Below, piece after piece: positions 11,159 through 22,701 of a DNA stretch of 64,000 bases (the stretch's first letter is position 1; every line of letters begins with the position of its first letter). The position numbers and the translations under genes were made by a program. Location of the stretch: positions 62,001 to 126,000 of the forward strand of contig MCFH01000068.1 of the NCBI GenBank assembly GCA_002104945.1, in the 5' to 3' direction. Origin of the DNA: Piromyces finnis finn. Taxonomy: Eukaryota; Fungi; Neocallimastigomycota. The notes under the pieces were generated by a model, which did not search any database, was not told the DNA's origin, and saw only the letters and a program-made list of their open reading frames with translations.

Positions 11159-12315
11159 TTCTGACCTAACTTACCTCAAATCACCTTAAATCCTTAACAC
11201 ACGACTTAACCCATAGTGACTTATAATAAAAATAAAGATAATAACCCTTAAAAATGAATAAATAATAATTTTATGGAAATATAACCCTTTCTTTTAAATA
11301 AATAATATTCTCTTTATTAAATAATAAATTATGAATAAAAATGACTTAATAGAGATAATAATAAAATAAAGTATTAAATAAAATAAAACGACTCAATCCG
11401 AAAATGTATTAAAATAATAAAATAATAATAAGTAAATAAAAATGAATAAATAAACTAAAAAAAATAAAACGATATACATTAAATTATTAATTCTAGTGTT
11501 TTATCCAAGTGTTCTTTAGAAAATTCTTTCAAACTTATATATATAAATTAATAAATAAATAACTGAGTAATTATTACTAAAAGTGATTAATTTAAAGCCT
11601 GGAAATAGAACAATAATAACAATTTTAATGATAAAATACAGAATTCTTTTATGTTTCTGTATAAAATGTGTTTATAATAATTGATACTTTTAATATTTGA
11701 TTTTATTTTAATTTTATTTTTAATTTTTATTTTAATTTTATTTTAATATTATTTTAATATTATTTTAAATTTAGATTTTAATTATTTTATTCAAGGTATT
11801 ATACACTTAATGATAGTTAATGATAATTTATAATAGTTTTTCTAATTTTAAACATTTTGAAGTAATAAGAAAATCAAATAAGTAATATTCTATAACATTT
11901 TTATAATATTAAGACATAATTTTAATTTATTCTTTAATTTTAATAAATAATAACAATAGTAATAATATTTAATAGTTAAAAATAATAATACATGTAATAA
12001 ATGAAAAATGTATAAAAAGAAGATAAAATTCTTCTTTATAAAAAGCAGACAATAAATAGACAATAAATAAATTATAAATATAATAAAGAGATAATTTAAA
12101 CATAATAAAAAGAGTTTAATTTCGAGTTTTTGAGTGATTTATTTGTTAATTATAAAACATATTTTATTTTATTTTAAATTTATTGTTTCATCATAAATAT
12201 TAGAATTTATTATTTATTAAAAATATTATATTATTCAAAAATATATCGGTCAACGCATCATCGTTGATACGCTACTCACATAAAAACGTAATAAAAACTA
12301 GCCGAATAAACGCGA

Positions 12316-13405
12316 TGTGAAGATATTAACTGGATTTAAAACAAATTCAGATAATATCTATAATTAATTAAACATAATAATTATAATTAAATAATTTCAA
12401 TAATTATTTTAAAACACTTTTAAAAGTCACCTTTTAAATTTTGATTCAGTGAAAGGGTTATGATTTCAAAAATTTAATATCAATACACTATAACCCTTAG
12501 CCAAAAATAAGCAAGTACGAAATAAGGCGTAACTCGCCAAAAACGATCGCTACCGCCTTTAAATATAGTTTTGAAACTAGGTTTATTGGAAAGCTTAGGA
12601 AGAAAGCTACAATTTGGTACAATCGCGGTCCTTCTAACTGATCATTTAAGGAAGTTATGATCATTTAAAGATTTTAATAGGTAAATTAAAATCAATATGA
12701 TATCAAGTATGGATCATAAATATTTCTTATGCCTTGAGGAAATAAAAAATATATCAATAGGAATTTTAGTTATATTAATTTAATTAATGATAACGACTGT
12801 TACTAAAAATAGAACTAGACCCATTTAGGTGTAACAGTTAACACCTATAAATTAAATAATCTTAATTATTATAAAATAGGTTAACGGCAAGTTTTATTAG
12901 AAATAATTTTTAAAATAATAATTATTTAAGTATAACAAATATGTTATGTTAATATCAATTAATAATGATGAATTATTAATTGAATAGTTTTTATAATTAC
13001 TAATTAGGATCAAATGTTTAAATGATTAATCATATGTTTATTTTATTTTATGTCATGACAAACAAACAAACAAACAATCTTATTACTTATTTAATTATAT
13101 TATTAATATATTACATGTAATACTTTATTCTTATTAATATCAATTTAATAATCTGAACAAAGAATATAAAAGAGAATGAATTGAATTCGATTTTAATTCT
13201 TTGTAAAGACTATAGTTATAATCTTAATTATATAGTTACTAAATATAATATCATTTATATTATTATTATTAAATAAAGAAAAATTTATAAAAAGTTATTT
13301 TAAAGTAAATATAAATTTTTCATTTTTCATTTGGAAGTTTAAAGTGTTATTTTATAATTAAATTTAATTTCTTAAAAAAACATTTTTACTATATAATTAA
13401 TAACA
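12316..13405 (+). repeat. Putative 5' LTR (family LTR-V) of the gypsy element at 13480
   Basis: TGTGA...TAACA; patchy homology to 59341-60489 (inverted); both are followed by TTCTGACC; gag starts 75 nt downstream. Confidence 0.55.
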
Positions 13406-13479
13406 TTCTGACCTGGCCGCATAACCAAACCCAAAAACTTAACAATAATCTTTACCCGCTGTTTAGTGGCTACTTTAGA

Positions 13480-14496
13480 ATGTTCACTCCGGTTCCTAAT
13501 TTCCCAGACGAGGTAAACCAACTAAGAGAGGATGCTACTCAGACTGCCAAGGATATCATTGAGGGTATCAATGAAAATTTGGTTTTCCGTGAAGATTTTC
13601 AAAATTTTTCCAATGATGTGAATAATCGTTTGAATGAAATCATCGGTGTATTAACCAATACGAATAATAATCAAACTGCTCAGAATGAAGATGAACAACC
13701 ATTGTTACATACCAACTATGATAGGATAGCTACTCCAAGACCTACTGTCTTTAGAGATGATGAATTTACTTCAACAAGATTTGATTTGGATCATGATGTT
13801 ATCATGAGAGGCCGTTTTGCTACTCCAATCACTCAAGTGCCAGATCCAGGTATGTTCTCCGGTAAGACTAGTGATACCGATTTGTTTTGTCAATTATGTG
13901 AAGATACTTTTAAAACTCTACCAAATCGAACTTTACCAGAAGAAACAAAAATTAATTTTGTACAATCCCGTCTTCGTGATGCTGCTAGAAATTGGTATCT
14001 TGCTAAGTACAAGGATAATATTTATCCATCTACCATGCAAGAATTGTTGGATGGATTAAGAATTGCTTTCTCGAATGTTGCTAGTTACAAGATAGCTAAA
14101 ATCAAAATAATGCGTTTAAAACAACAATATGGTAAAATAAATGATTATATCGAGGAATTCCGCTCTCTTTCACAACAATTTAAATGGAATGAAGAAGCAT
14201 TATCTTTAATCTTTTACAATGGTTTACATCCCAAATATCAGGAAGAAATTGAAAAGATGGAGGTATTTCCAACCACCATGGAGTCCATTATAACTAGATG
14301 TATTTTGATCGAAAGTTCTCTTTCTACAAAGAATAAGATTAACCAGTCTTCCAACTCTAAATCTAACAAGAAAAGAAATTCACATTTCAACCACCACAGA
14401 TCATACAACAACAACAACAATAACAACAATAACTTCCAAAAATATAATAATAATAACAACAATTATAAAGCTCAAAAAATTAGTTCAAAAAACTAA
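13480..14496 (+). CDS. Gypsy gag (retrotransposon gag domain, Asn-rich C-terminus)
   Basis: PGMFSG...FVQSRLRDAARNWY...YIEEFRSL...FYNGLHPKYQ resembles Ty3/gypsy capsid; PR and RT lie downstream. Confidence 0.88.
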   Translation: MFTPVPNFPDEVNQLREDATQTAKDIIEGINENLVFREDFQNFSNDVNNRLNEIIGVLTNTNNNQTAQNEDEQPLLHTNYDRIATPRPTVFRDDEFTSTRFDLDHDVIMRGRFATPITQVPDPGMFSGKTSDTDLFCQLCEDTFKTLPNRTLPEETKINFVQSRLRDAARNWYLAKYKDNIYPSTMQELLDGLRIAFSNVASYKIAKIKIMRLKQQYGKINDYIEEFRSLSQQFKWNEEALSLIFYNGLHPKYQEEIEKMEVFPTTMESIITRCILIESSLSTKNKINQSSNSKSNKKRNSHFNHHRSYNNNNNNNNNFQKYNNNNNNYKAQKISSKN

Positions 14497-15522
14497 ATAA
14501 AGGACTTCCATTGAAGTCCTATCACCACTCGAATACAAAAATATTAAACTACACTTTTCCCACTATCAACAAAGATAATACATTACCTTCAACATTTTTT
14601 ACTTTTAATACATATGTATTATCCAATAATGGAGGTACAAATAATGTACATAATAAAATTGCATGTACATCACTATTAGATAGTGGATCTTATTGTAATT
14701 TTATGTCGTACAAACTATTACGTACATTACAATTACATCCTCATAAAATTAATAATGTTATCACTGTACAAGGTATCAGTGGTACTTCAATTGAACTTGA
14801 TGAATATATCAACCTAAACTTTCAGTTAAAACTATTTATCAACAATAAATTCCATTTCATCAATTTCAAAGAAAAATTTTTACTAGCGGATTATATTCCG
14901 ACAGATTTATTATTTGGAAATATATTCATGTCCAAATATGAAATTCATTATAATTATAATAAAAATTATTTATATTCAAATTTAAAATATGATTTTAACA
15001 GAAAGAAATTCAATATGAAGCATGCTACTAAATTTTTAAAATTAGAACAATTCATTTCTTATAATAGAAATGACATAAATGTTACACCTACCACTTCTAC
15101 AGGTGTAAATAACACAAAAAATAAAAATAAAAATTATTCCACCAATTTTTATAATTTAAAAAATAAAATTCATAATTTTTATTTCAGATCTAAAACCTTT
15201 AGTAAGAAGAAAAATGGTCGATTCCACAAATTTAACCCTAAACGTTCCAAATTTTTTAGAAAAGTTATATTAAATAAAAATAATTATGATAGATATAATT
15301 ATAATTATTTAATTCATACTTTTTTGTCCGAAAAACCAGAAGAAGTAAGCAATTTAGAAGAACATACTATTGAAGATATTCCAAAACCCTATCGAGATTT
15401 GGCGAAAGTTTTCAGCAAACAAGAAGCTGATAAACTACCACCACATAGAATTACAGATTGTAAAATAGTACTAGAAAAAGATGCTACTCTTCATTATGGT
15501 CCCATCTATCCCTTATCAGAAG
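14484..15522 (+). CDS. Gypsy protease and linker (pol 5' part), interrupted by a SINE
   Basis: SLLDSGSYCNF motif and LPPHR...YGPIYPLSE; the ORF-track extension to 15569 is only the poly(T) tail. Confidence 0.85.
14487..14520 (+). promoter_or_regulatory. -1 programmed ribosomal frameshift signal (A AAA AAC plus stem-loop)
   Basis: Heptamer 14487-14493 is correctly phased just before the gag stop; 7-nt spacer; 8-bp stem AGGACTTC/GAAGTCCT at 14501-14520; the -1 frame is open from 14484 into protease. Confidence 0.8.
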
Positions 15523-16102
15523 TTTTTTTTTTTTTTTTTTTTTATTTTTTTTTTTTTTTTTTTTTTTAACTTCCGAGTGCATTTCTCCCATCGATCAGAG
15601 TTAGCTCCAATGGTGGTTCTTAGAGAAACGTTGGCTCATTCCTATTGCTAGGTGGTTGTGACCCTCCTGGTCTGTCATACTGTTTCTTCAGCTTCGACGC
15701 TCACTTAATCCATGTACATTAGATGCATGTCGTTGTACGATATTTCACAACTACAATGCTAAGCCTCTTATAGTCAATTTGATCACGTGTCAACCGCCCC
15801 CTAATGTTTACACTTAAATTGATTAAGGAATATTATGTGTTTTTGGCATAGCCTAAGTCACCACTTATTAAGTTCTAATTTGGAATGTACCATGTACACT
15901 AGACCCTCTCAGGCCGGCTAGACGAGTGTTATTATCATAGTAGTAAATTAGAAAGTTCATTTATACTTACCTGAATATCATAACCCAACCCATGGCAAAC
16001 CCAGTGGGAAAATCCACAGGCACTGACATCTGCGGGGTCGAACCAGAAGCCTTATGTATACTAAGGCAACGCCTTAACAACCAGGATAAAAACTGGAACG
16101 AC
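15523..16102 (-). mobile_element. tRNA-derived SINE, 580 bp, with poly(A) tail and 14-bp TSD
   Basis: TCCCTTATCAGAAG at 15509-15522 and 16103-16116; poly(A) about 15523-15567; A-box-like 16072-16085 and B-box GGTTCGACCCC 16034-16044; 43-nt block shared with the LINE-B 3' region. Confidence 0.85.
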
Positions 16103-17360
16103 TCCCTTATCAGAAGAAGAATCAAAAGTTTTAGAAGAGTATATCAAGGAAAATTTAGAAAAAGGCTTTATTAGACCATCCGAATCACCTGCAGGATATC
16201 CAGTGGTATTTCAGAAAAAGAAAGATGGTACTCTTAGAGATTGTATTGATTATAAAAAACTCAATTCTGTAACGATACGTAACTCCTACCCAATACCACT
16301 TATTACCGACATTATAGAACGTGTCAAAGGTGCAAAGTATTTCACAAAGCTCGACTTACGCTCTGCTTATAATTTAGTTAGAATAAGAAATATGGTGATG
16401 AATATAAAACTGCTTTTCGCACAAAGTTTGGTCACTATGAATATTTAGTGATGCCATTTGGTTTACGTAACGCTCCTGCTACTTTTCAGGCATTTATAAA
16501 TTCTGTTCTCAGACCTTTCTTGGAAAAATCTGTTATTCTCTATTTGGATGATATTCTTATATTTTCAAAAACCTTAGAAGAACACCACCAACATGTACGT
16601 GAAGTTCTTTCTAAACTATTAGAAAATAATTTATATGCTAAGCTTCCTAAATGTGAATTTGACAAACCACAAGTTGAATTCTTAGGATATGTTATTTCAG
16701 GTTCAGGAATTGCTACCGACCCAAAAAAGATAGAGTCAATCAAAAATTGGCCTATTCCTACTACAGTTAAGGATGTACAAAGATTTTTAGGTCTTTGTAA
16801 CTACTATAGACGCTTTGTAATGAATTTTGCAGACTTGGCTAAACCCCTCCACAACCTAACAAAAAGGAATGCAAAGTTCAAATGGTCCACAGAATGTGAA
16901 TCCTCATTTAACATTTTAAAAACGCGTTTAACTTCAGCACCTATTTTATCACATCCTGATCCTCAAAAACAATATATTTTAGAATGTGATGCAAGTAATG
17001 TTGCTATCGGTTCTATACTTTCTTAATATGATTCAGAAAATCGTCTACATCCTGTTGCTTACTACTCCAGAAGTCTAAGTAGTTCTGAAGTTAACTATTC
17101 TATAACAGATAAAGAACTATTAGCCATTAAGGATTCTTTCTCTACTTGGAGGCACCTTCTTCTTGGTGCTAAATATAAAATAAAAGTTTATACTGATCAT
17201 AGAAATTTACTTTATACTCTTGGAGGAAAGGTAGGTAATCAAAGACAACATCGTTGGCACTTTTTCTTTCAAGAATACGACTTTGAACTTATATACAGAC
17301 AAGGTCGTAAGAATGGTAAACCTGATAGTCTATCTCGCAGACCTGACTACAGATATAAAA
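16103..17360 (+). pseudogene. Gypsy RT-RNase H remnant with frameshifts and a stop; truncated before integrase
   Basis: [42 protein letters not shown] at 17024-17026, TDHRNL, KPDSLSRRPDY. Confidence 0.92.
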
Positions 17361-17369
17361 TATGATAAA

Positions 17370-17686
17370 CAATAATTGGAGTTAAAAGAAAGAGTTTTGT
17401 TTGTAAAGTCAATGCTTGGATTATGTAGTCGTAACCATTTTGTTCCAAAAATACACTAATATAAAGGTAGATTAGTGACATAAAATCTAACTGTGAAGAA
17501 GTGATCCTTGTACCTTAAATTGAGACTTGGAGTGACACCTATAATGGACTGTTTACTCCCAATAACTTGAATTTTAGGTAAGTCTTAATCTTGGAAATAT
17601 GGAATATCTTATGTATTACAGAAGTCTTCATATATAAGATAGAGTTCAGAGCCTTAGTCAATTAAGATTGAAAATATAGATTCGAG
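17370..17686 (-). pseudogene. Degenerate gypsy protease fragment, target of LINE-B copy 1
   Basis: Nucleotide similarity to 5860-6130 (for example AAAGTCAATGCTTGGATTATG versus AAAGTCAATACTTGGATTATG). Confidence 0.65.
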
Positions 17687-20600
17687 TTTTTTTTTTTTTT
17701 TTTTTTTAACGGCATCAAATATTTTTAAACTTTATTATTAATTTAATTAAAATTATAATACATGTTGTAAAAAATTAAAATATAATAAAAAAAAATAAAA
17801 AAACATGTTTAAATAAACACAAATGAATAAAAATTGAGTATAATGTATTCTAGTAATTTTAATTAAAGTAAGAAAGCCACTATTATACTAAAGTATAATA
17901 ATTGTATTTGACTTCTAATGTGACACCGAGTCAACGACCAAAATTTTGTCATTTGTCATGGAACAAAATTATGATCTCCATTGGTTGCGCTGGCCCTCCT
18001 GGCCTGTCTTACTGTTTCTTCAGCATTGACGCTCTTGGATGTTGCTTCAAACCTTTTGAACATTGACCATTGCTGGCCAATAACAAAAGGCATGATTTTG
18101 GTTAGAAGTTCCGCTGTTACCATCAAGAATGGTGTTCTTTCGCAAGTGCCCGATTGAATCTGACTCTTGCAAAGTTCTTTCCATTCCCTTGAATTGCAAT
18201 TGATATAGTTAAAACTTCTTCCCCCAAGAAGGAATTTAAATATTTTATTGCACACACTAGAATAATCATACACATTAATATTCACAGGATTATTAGAACT
18301 ATTACTATTATTAACTAAATTACTATCTAAATTAGAATTATTATCTTCACTATTACTTTTAATACTATAATTACTACTATTGTTAAAATTATTATTATTA
18401 TTATTATTGTCATTATTATTATTATTATCATTATTGCTATTTCTACTGATATTAACATTTACATTATTATAGATAGGACTATCGGAATTACGTTGATTGA
18501 AAAAATTTAATAGTTGGACTATGTAATCATAATATTTAATACGGATATCTCTAAATGTTGGACAATCTAATAACCAATGTTTAATACTTTGATCTCCACT
18601 CTTGCAACATGGACAGTAGTTAGGACAAACTGGATCAACAAATTTAGCAGCTTTGGCAACTCTAGCATCCAACTTGTATCCGCTTCTTGCTTTCAATAGC
18701 CAGTAGAAGCCATAGGCAAACTCTGGGTACTCATAGCATAATTTAATAAAGTCTTTAGTTTCAATAAATTTATTATCGTCATAATATTGCGCTTTGATTG
18801 AATTTCCTTTGAGATCTTTCCAATAAAAGTTTTTAACTGCTTTAACATCTCCATGCTTCTTTAGTTTTTTATCAAGTGTCCTACTTGATTTGCACCACGT
18901 GTATTTTCTAAATTTAGGAATGTAATTGACAAGGTGTGAGATAATACAATTTGAGTTTTTCCATTTGTTAAAACATCTAACCTGAGCTAATGCACATTTG
19001 GCTGACAATGGAGGAATATTCAAATCTTTTGAGATAGAGTATAAAGATATAAACGATACAGCTTTATGAACTCCGGCAACCCACCGTATTCCTTTGTTAA
19101 CATGCTTCTGAGCAATTCTAGACCTAGCTTTGTTGGATCCAAGTAATGGTGCAAAGTACGAAACTCTGCTAATCACTTTTGAGTTAAGTACTAGCTTTTT
19201 GAAAGGAATAGGAATATTAGGATTTCTTAAGAATTTACTGACTGAAAAAAGTCCTTTCAAAACCTTATTATTAAGAGCTTTAATAACTGGTTTAAGAGAC
19301 AAATTCTTATCAAATGGAACACCAAGATAAGTGTAGCAATCAGTAGTTGGAATGGGTTGTCCTGCTAAGTAGAATTTTGGATCTCTCTTGTTCTGATTTT
19401 CAACTGATTCAGGACGAATCACCATCGTTGAACATTTTTGGATACCAAATTCCATTTCATTATACATCGCCCATTCGTTAACTTTTTTAAGCAACTTTTT
19501 TAAGCAGCATCTTGTAGGAGCACAAATAACTATATCATCTGCAAATAGTCCACCGCAGCATCGAATGCCTCCTAAACTGACACCAAGATCTTCGCACCCT
19601 TTAAAAATATCATTAATAAAGAGATTAAAGAGAATTGGAGAAAGTGGGCAACCTTGACGGACTCCTTTCTTCACATCAAAAGATTTCGAGAATTGTCCAT
19701 CTAATTTGACATTAGCCTTAGATGTTAAATATAAATTTTTTATAAACTGTAAACTCTTACCTCTAATTCCTAAACAATCTAATTTATGTAGGATATTACC
19801 GATTGGGACTGAATCGTATGCTTTCCTAAGATCTAAAAAGGCCAAATATGTCTCTTTATTATCTAATTGACGTCTACGACATATTTCTTGGATTGAGATG
19901 AAAAGACTGATACTCTCTTCCTTTTTTCGAAAACCAAATTGTTCAGGTCTAATGAAATTGTTCTTATGACCATATTCTGAAATTCTAGTGGTGACAATTT
20001 TGGAAATCAACTTAATACCATTATTGATAAGCGATATACCACGGTAGTTATCACAATCTGTCAAATCTCCCTTCTTCGGAATAGAAACAATACTGGATTC
20101 ATTCCATGAGCTGGGGAAGTCTCCATCCCAAATACGGTTGAATAATTTATGAATAAATTTTAAACCATGAGCATCATTATCTGAAGTGGTATTACCGGAA
20201 GAATTATTATCTGTAGCATTATTAGAATCATTACTTGAAGGAATTAATGCTTTGAAAAATTCAATAGGAATACCATCCGGTCCTGATGCTTTATAATTTG
20301 GAGTAGAGAGGATAGCTGACTTGACTTCATCAATACTAATATCTTGATTGATATCCCATTCTTCAAGCATAGGGAGTGAAAAACGCTTATTCGTTGGTTT
20401 TTCATACCATTGCTCCAAGTCAAGACTTGCACCACTTGGATCAGATGCAAGATTTTCGAAATGATCATGCCATACCTCTAGTTGTTCTTCCGTAGCAACA
20501 ACTAAATCCCCATTTTTATTTTTAATAGGCTGAGCAGTAAAGAAAGTATCTTTTCCGATTTTCGCTGTTTTCTTGATCCATTTCCAAGCTTTCTTAGGAT

Positions 20601-21802
20601 TATGACTCTTCATATACTCACAACCTGTTTTAATCCAATGAAGATATTCTTGTTTCCTGTACTCATTACATTTTTTATGAATGTAGTTAATGAGCTTATT
20701 ATAAATTTCAATCCTTTTAATCAATTCATCTATATCAAAAATTCTTTCTTTTTTAAATCTCCTATACAGCTTCATTTTGATTTTCTGAAGATTAAAAATT
20801 TGTTGTGAAATATGAAATGAAGATTTTATAATATTATTTACAGAAGTAATACTGAGCTCGTCTGCAATTGAAAAAGCAGTTGAAGTAAACTCTTTGGAGA
20901 GTTCATCTGTCGAAAAATTAGGATCGTTGAGTTTTGCTGAAAGTATTTGGAATTTATTGTGACTGAGAATAGATTCCTTTTCCTCAATACATTTTAATCT
21001 ATTCCATTTCAGAATTTTCTTAGGAACACTAAAGTCATTAGAAAAATCATCCATAGGAATAACTTTACCATTAATAAGGAGTGGCTTATGATCTGAAACA
21101 GGATAAAAATCATTTATGAATGATCCTGAGTGAATAAGATCTTTCATCTTCGAGTTGATAAAAGCGTGATCAATGTCGGAAGATTGATCACCCCGAGTCC
21201 AAGAGATAGAAGAACCTTTGAGTGGAAGAACTTCCCAATCTCCTAATCCATTAGATGATAACCAGTTGGATAATTTTACTTTGGACATATTAAAATCACC
21301 AACAAGAATCGATGGATGAGATGAGTGAGTTTGTAACCACAAGCGAACTTCTAACTTTGCATGATCAACATAGATGTTGTGATGACTATGAGGCATATAA
21401 ACATTCCCAATCGAGCATTTGAATCTATTCCAAAGGCTAAAAGTATAAATAGAGATAATATACTTACCTAAGAAGTTTTCAAGTGAGGCTTGACACGAAT
21501 TGTGAATACCTAAATATAAACCTCTCATTCCAGGAACTGATTCATCAGCTTTCTTGAAAAAGTGTCTATAATTTCGCAAAGTAAAACGACAAGGATACTC
21601 TGTATTCGATCCAGAACCATTCCCAGTTTCTTGAAAGCATAAAAATAATGGTTTAAAAATAGCTGTGAAATAGCTAATGCTATCTCTCTTCTCATGATTC
21701 CACCCATTGGTATTCCAACTAAGACAGAAAGAAAAGTTATCAGGCTTGTTGGATGAGCAAGAATCGTTGCTATAACTATTATTATTATTGTCATCGTTAT
21801 TA
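17687..21802 (-). mobile_element. LINE-B copy 1 (EN-RT-zinc finger-Asn tract-3' UTR-poly(A)), lacking its N-terminal domain
   Basis: WNTNG, FQETG, VGDFN, SDIDH and SDHKP endonuclease motifs; RT GVRQGCPLSP and LFADD; CPCC..H..C; 21-nt poly(A) at 17687-17707. Confidence 0.93.
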
Positions 21803-22701
21803 ATGTAAAATGTTGGGTCAACATAACTAGGGGATCTATTAAAGTTGATAGGTTTAACAACAATAGTTGCACATTTATTTATTCCAAAAGACATTTCATT
21901 TAAATTAGCCCAATCAAGGACTAGATTGAGCATCTTTTGAAGGTTCTTCTTGCTAGGAGCAATCAGAACAATATCATCAGCGAAAAGGCCACCACAGCAA
22001 CGTTTATTTCCTAAGCTAACTCCAAGCCTTTCGCATTTATTTAAAATATCATTGATGAAGAGGTTAAATAGAATAGGAGAAAGAGGACATCCTTGTCTTA
22101 CACCACGATTGATAGGAAATTCATTGGAAAGCATATCCAAAAAACGTGCACGAGCTTTTGAGGTAGAGTAGAGATTATTGAGAAAATCAAAACATTTACC
22201 ACGTATACCTAATTTATATAACTTTGTAAGAATATTAAAAATAGGAACTGAGTTGTATGCTTTTTTAAGGTCTAGAAAAGCAACATATGTGGCTTTTCCT
22301 TTAAATTTTCTTATTTGACAGATTTCTGTAATAGAAATAAATAAGCTAATACACTCTTCTTTATTGCGAAAACCAAATTGTTCAGGTCTTATAAAGTTAT
22401 GAGAAAGAGCATACTTTGAAATTCTATCAGTTACAATTTTTGAAATGATTTTAAGACCTACATTGATGAGAGAAATACCACGATAATTATTACAATCTGA
22501 GAGATCGCCTTTCTTTGGAATAGAAACAATGGAAGCAGAGTTCCATTTCAAAGGAAAGGAACCATTCCAGATTTTATTAAAAATTAAGTTAAGACAATTT
22601 CCAGCAGACTTATGTTCTTTTTCCAGTTCTTCGTTACAAAAGAAAGCTTTGAAGAATTCAATAGGGATACCATCGGGACCTGGAGCCTTATTATTCTTCA
22701 T
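17956..22701 (-). CDS. Chimeric 1581-aa ORF: LINE-A RT fused in frame to LINE-B EN-RT-ZnF (frame open from about 23061)
   Basis: Two full sets of RT motifs; junction PTFYI|NNDDNN near 21803, where LINE-A normally continues PTFYIGMYS (45891 onward). Confidence 0.9.
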   Translation of the reverse strand: MKNNKAPGPDGIPIEFFKAFFCNEELEKEHKSAGNCLNLIFNKIWNGSFPLKWNSASIVSIPKKGDLSDCNNYRGISLINVGLKIISKIVTDRISKYALSHNFIRPEQFGFRNKEECISLFISITEICQIRKFKGKATYVAFLDLKKAYNSVPIFNILTKLYKLGIRGKCFDFLNNLYSTSKARARFLDMLSNEFPINRGVRQGCPLSPILFNLFINDILNKCERLGVSLGNKRCCGGLFADDIVLIAPSKKNLQKMLNLVLDWANLNEMSFGINKCATIVVKPINFNRSPSYVDPTFYINNDDNNNNSYSNDSCSSNKPDNFSFCLSWNTNGWNHEKRDSISYFTAIFKPLFLCFQETGNGSGSNTEYPCRFTLRNYRHFFKKADESVPGMRGLYLGIHNSCQASLENFLGKYIISIYTFSLWNRFKCSIGNVYMPHSHHNIYVDHAKLEVRLWLQTHSSHPSILVGDFNMSKVKLSNWLSSNGLGDWEVLPLKGSSISWTRGDQSSDIDHAFINSKMKDLIHSGSFINDFYPVSDHKPLLINGKVIPMDDFSNDFSVPKKILKWNRLKCIEEKESILSHNKFQILSAKLNDPNFSTDELSKEFTSTAFSIADELSITSVNNIIKSSFHISQQIFNLQKIKMKLYRRFKKERIFDIDELIKRIEIYNKLINYIHKKCNEYRKQEYLHWIKTGCEYMKSHNPKKAWKWIKKTAKIGKDTFFTAQPIKNKNGDLVVATEEQLEVWHDHFENLASDPSGASLDLEQWYEKPTNKRFSLPMLEEWDINQDISIDEVKSAILSTPNYKASGPDGIPIEFFKALIPSSNDSNNATDNNSSGNTTSDNDAHGLKFIHKLFNRIWDGDFPSSWNESSIVSIPKKGDLTDCDNYRGISLINNGIKLISKIVTTRISEYGHKNNFIRPEQFGFRKKEESISLFISIQEICRRRQLDNKETYLAFLDLRKAYDSVPIGNILHKLDCLGIRGKSLQFIKNLYLTSKANVKLDGQFSKSFDVKKGVRQGCPLSPILFNLFINDIFKGCEDLGVSLGGIRCCGGLFADDIVICAPTRCCLKKLLKKVNEWAMYNEMEFGIQKCSTMVIRPESVENQNKRDPKFYLAGQPIPTTDCYTYLGVPFDKNLSLKPVIKALNNKVLKGLFSVSKFLRNPNIPIPFKKLVLNSKVISRVSYFAPLLGSNKARSRIAQKHVNKGIRWVAGVHKAVSFISLYSISKDLNIPPLSAKCALAQVRCFNKWKNSNCIISHLVNYIPKFRKYTWCKSSRTLDKKLKKHGDVKAVKNFYWKDLKGNSIKAQYYDDNKFIETKDFIKLCYEYPEFAYGFYWLLKARSGYKLDARVAKAAKFVDPVCPNYCPCCKSGDQSIKHWLLDCPTFRDIRIKYYDYIVQLLNFFNQRNSDSPIYNNVNVNISRNSNNDNNNNNDNNNNNNNFNNSSNYSIKSNSEDNNSNLDSNLVNNSNSSNNPVNINVYDYSSVCNKIFKFLLGGRSFNYINCNSREWKELCKSQIQSGTCERTPFLMVTAELLTKIMPFVIGQQWSMFKRFEATSKSVNAEETVRQARRASATNGDHNFVP

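Noticed and set aside
15903-15920. 18-nt match (TAGCCGGCCTGAGAGGGT, minus strand) to bacterial 16S rRNA inside the SINE
   Set aside because: No flanking rRNA similarity; too short to separate from chance without a search.
17990-18030. Hammerhead ribozyme (CTGAAGA/CTGATGA) in the LINE-B and SINE 3' motif
   Set aside because: No stem II followed by GAAA and no cleavage-site helix.
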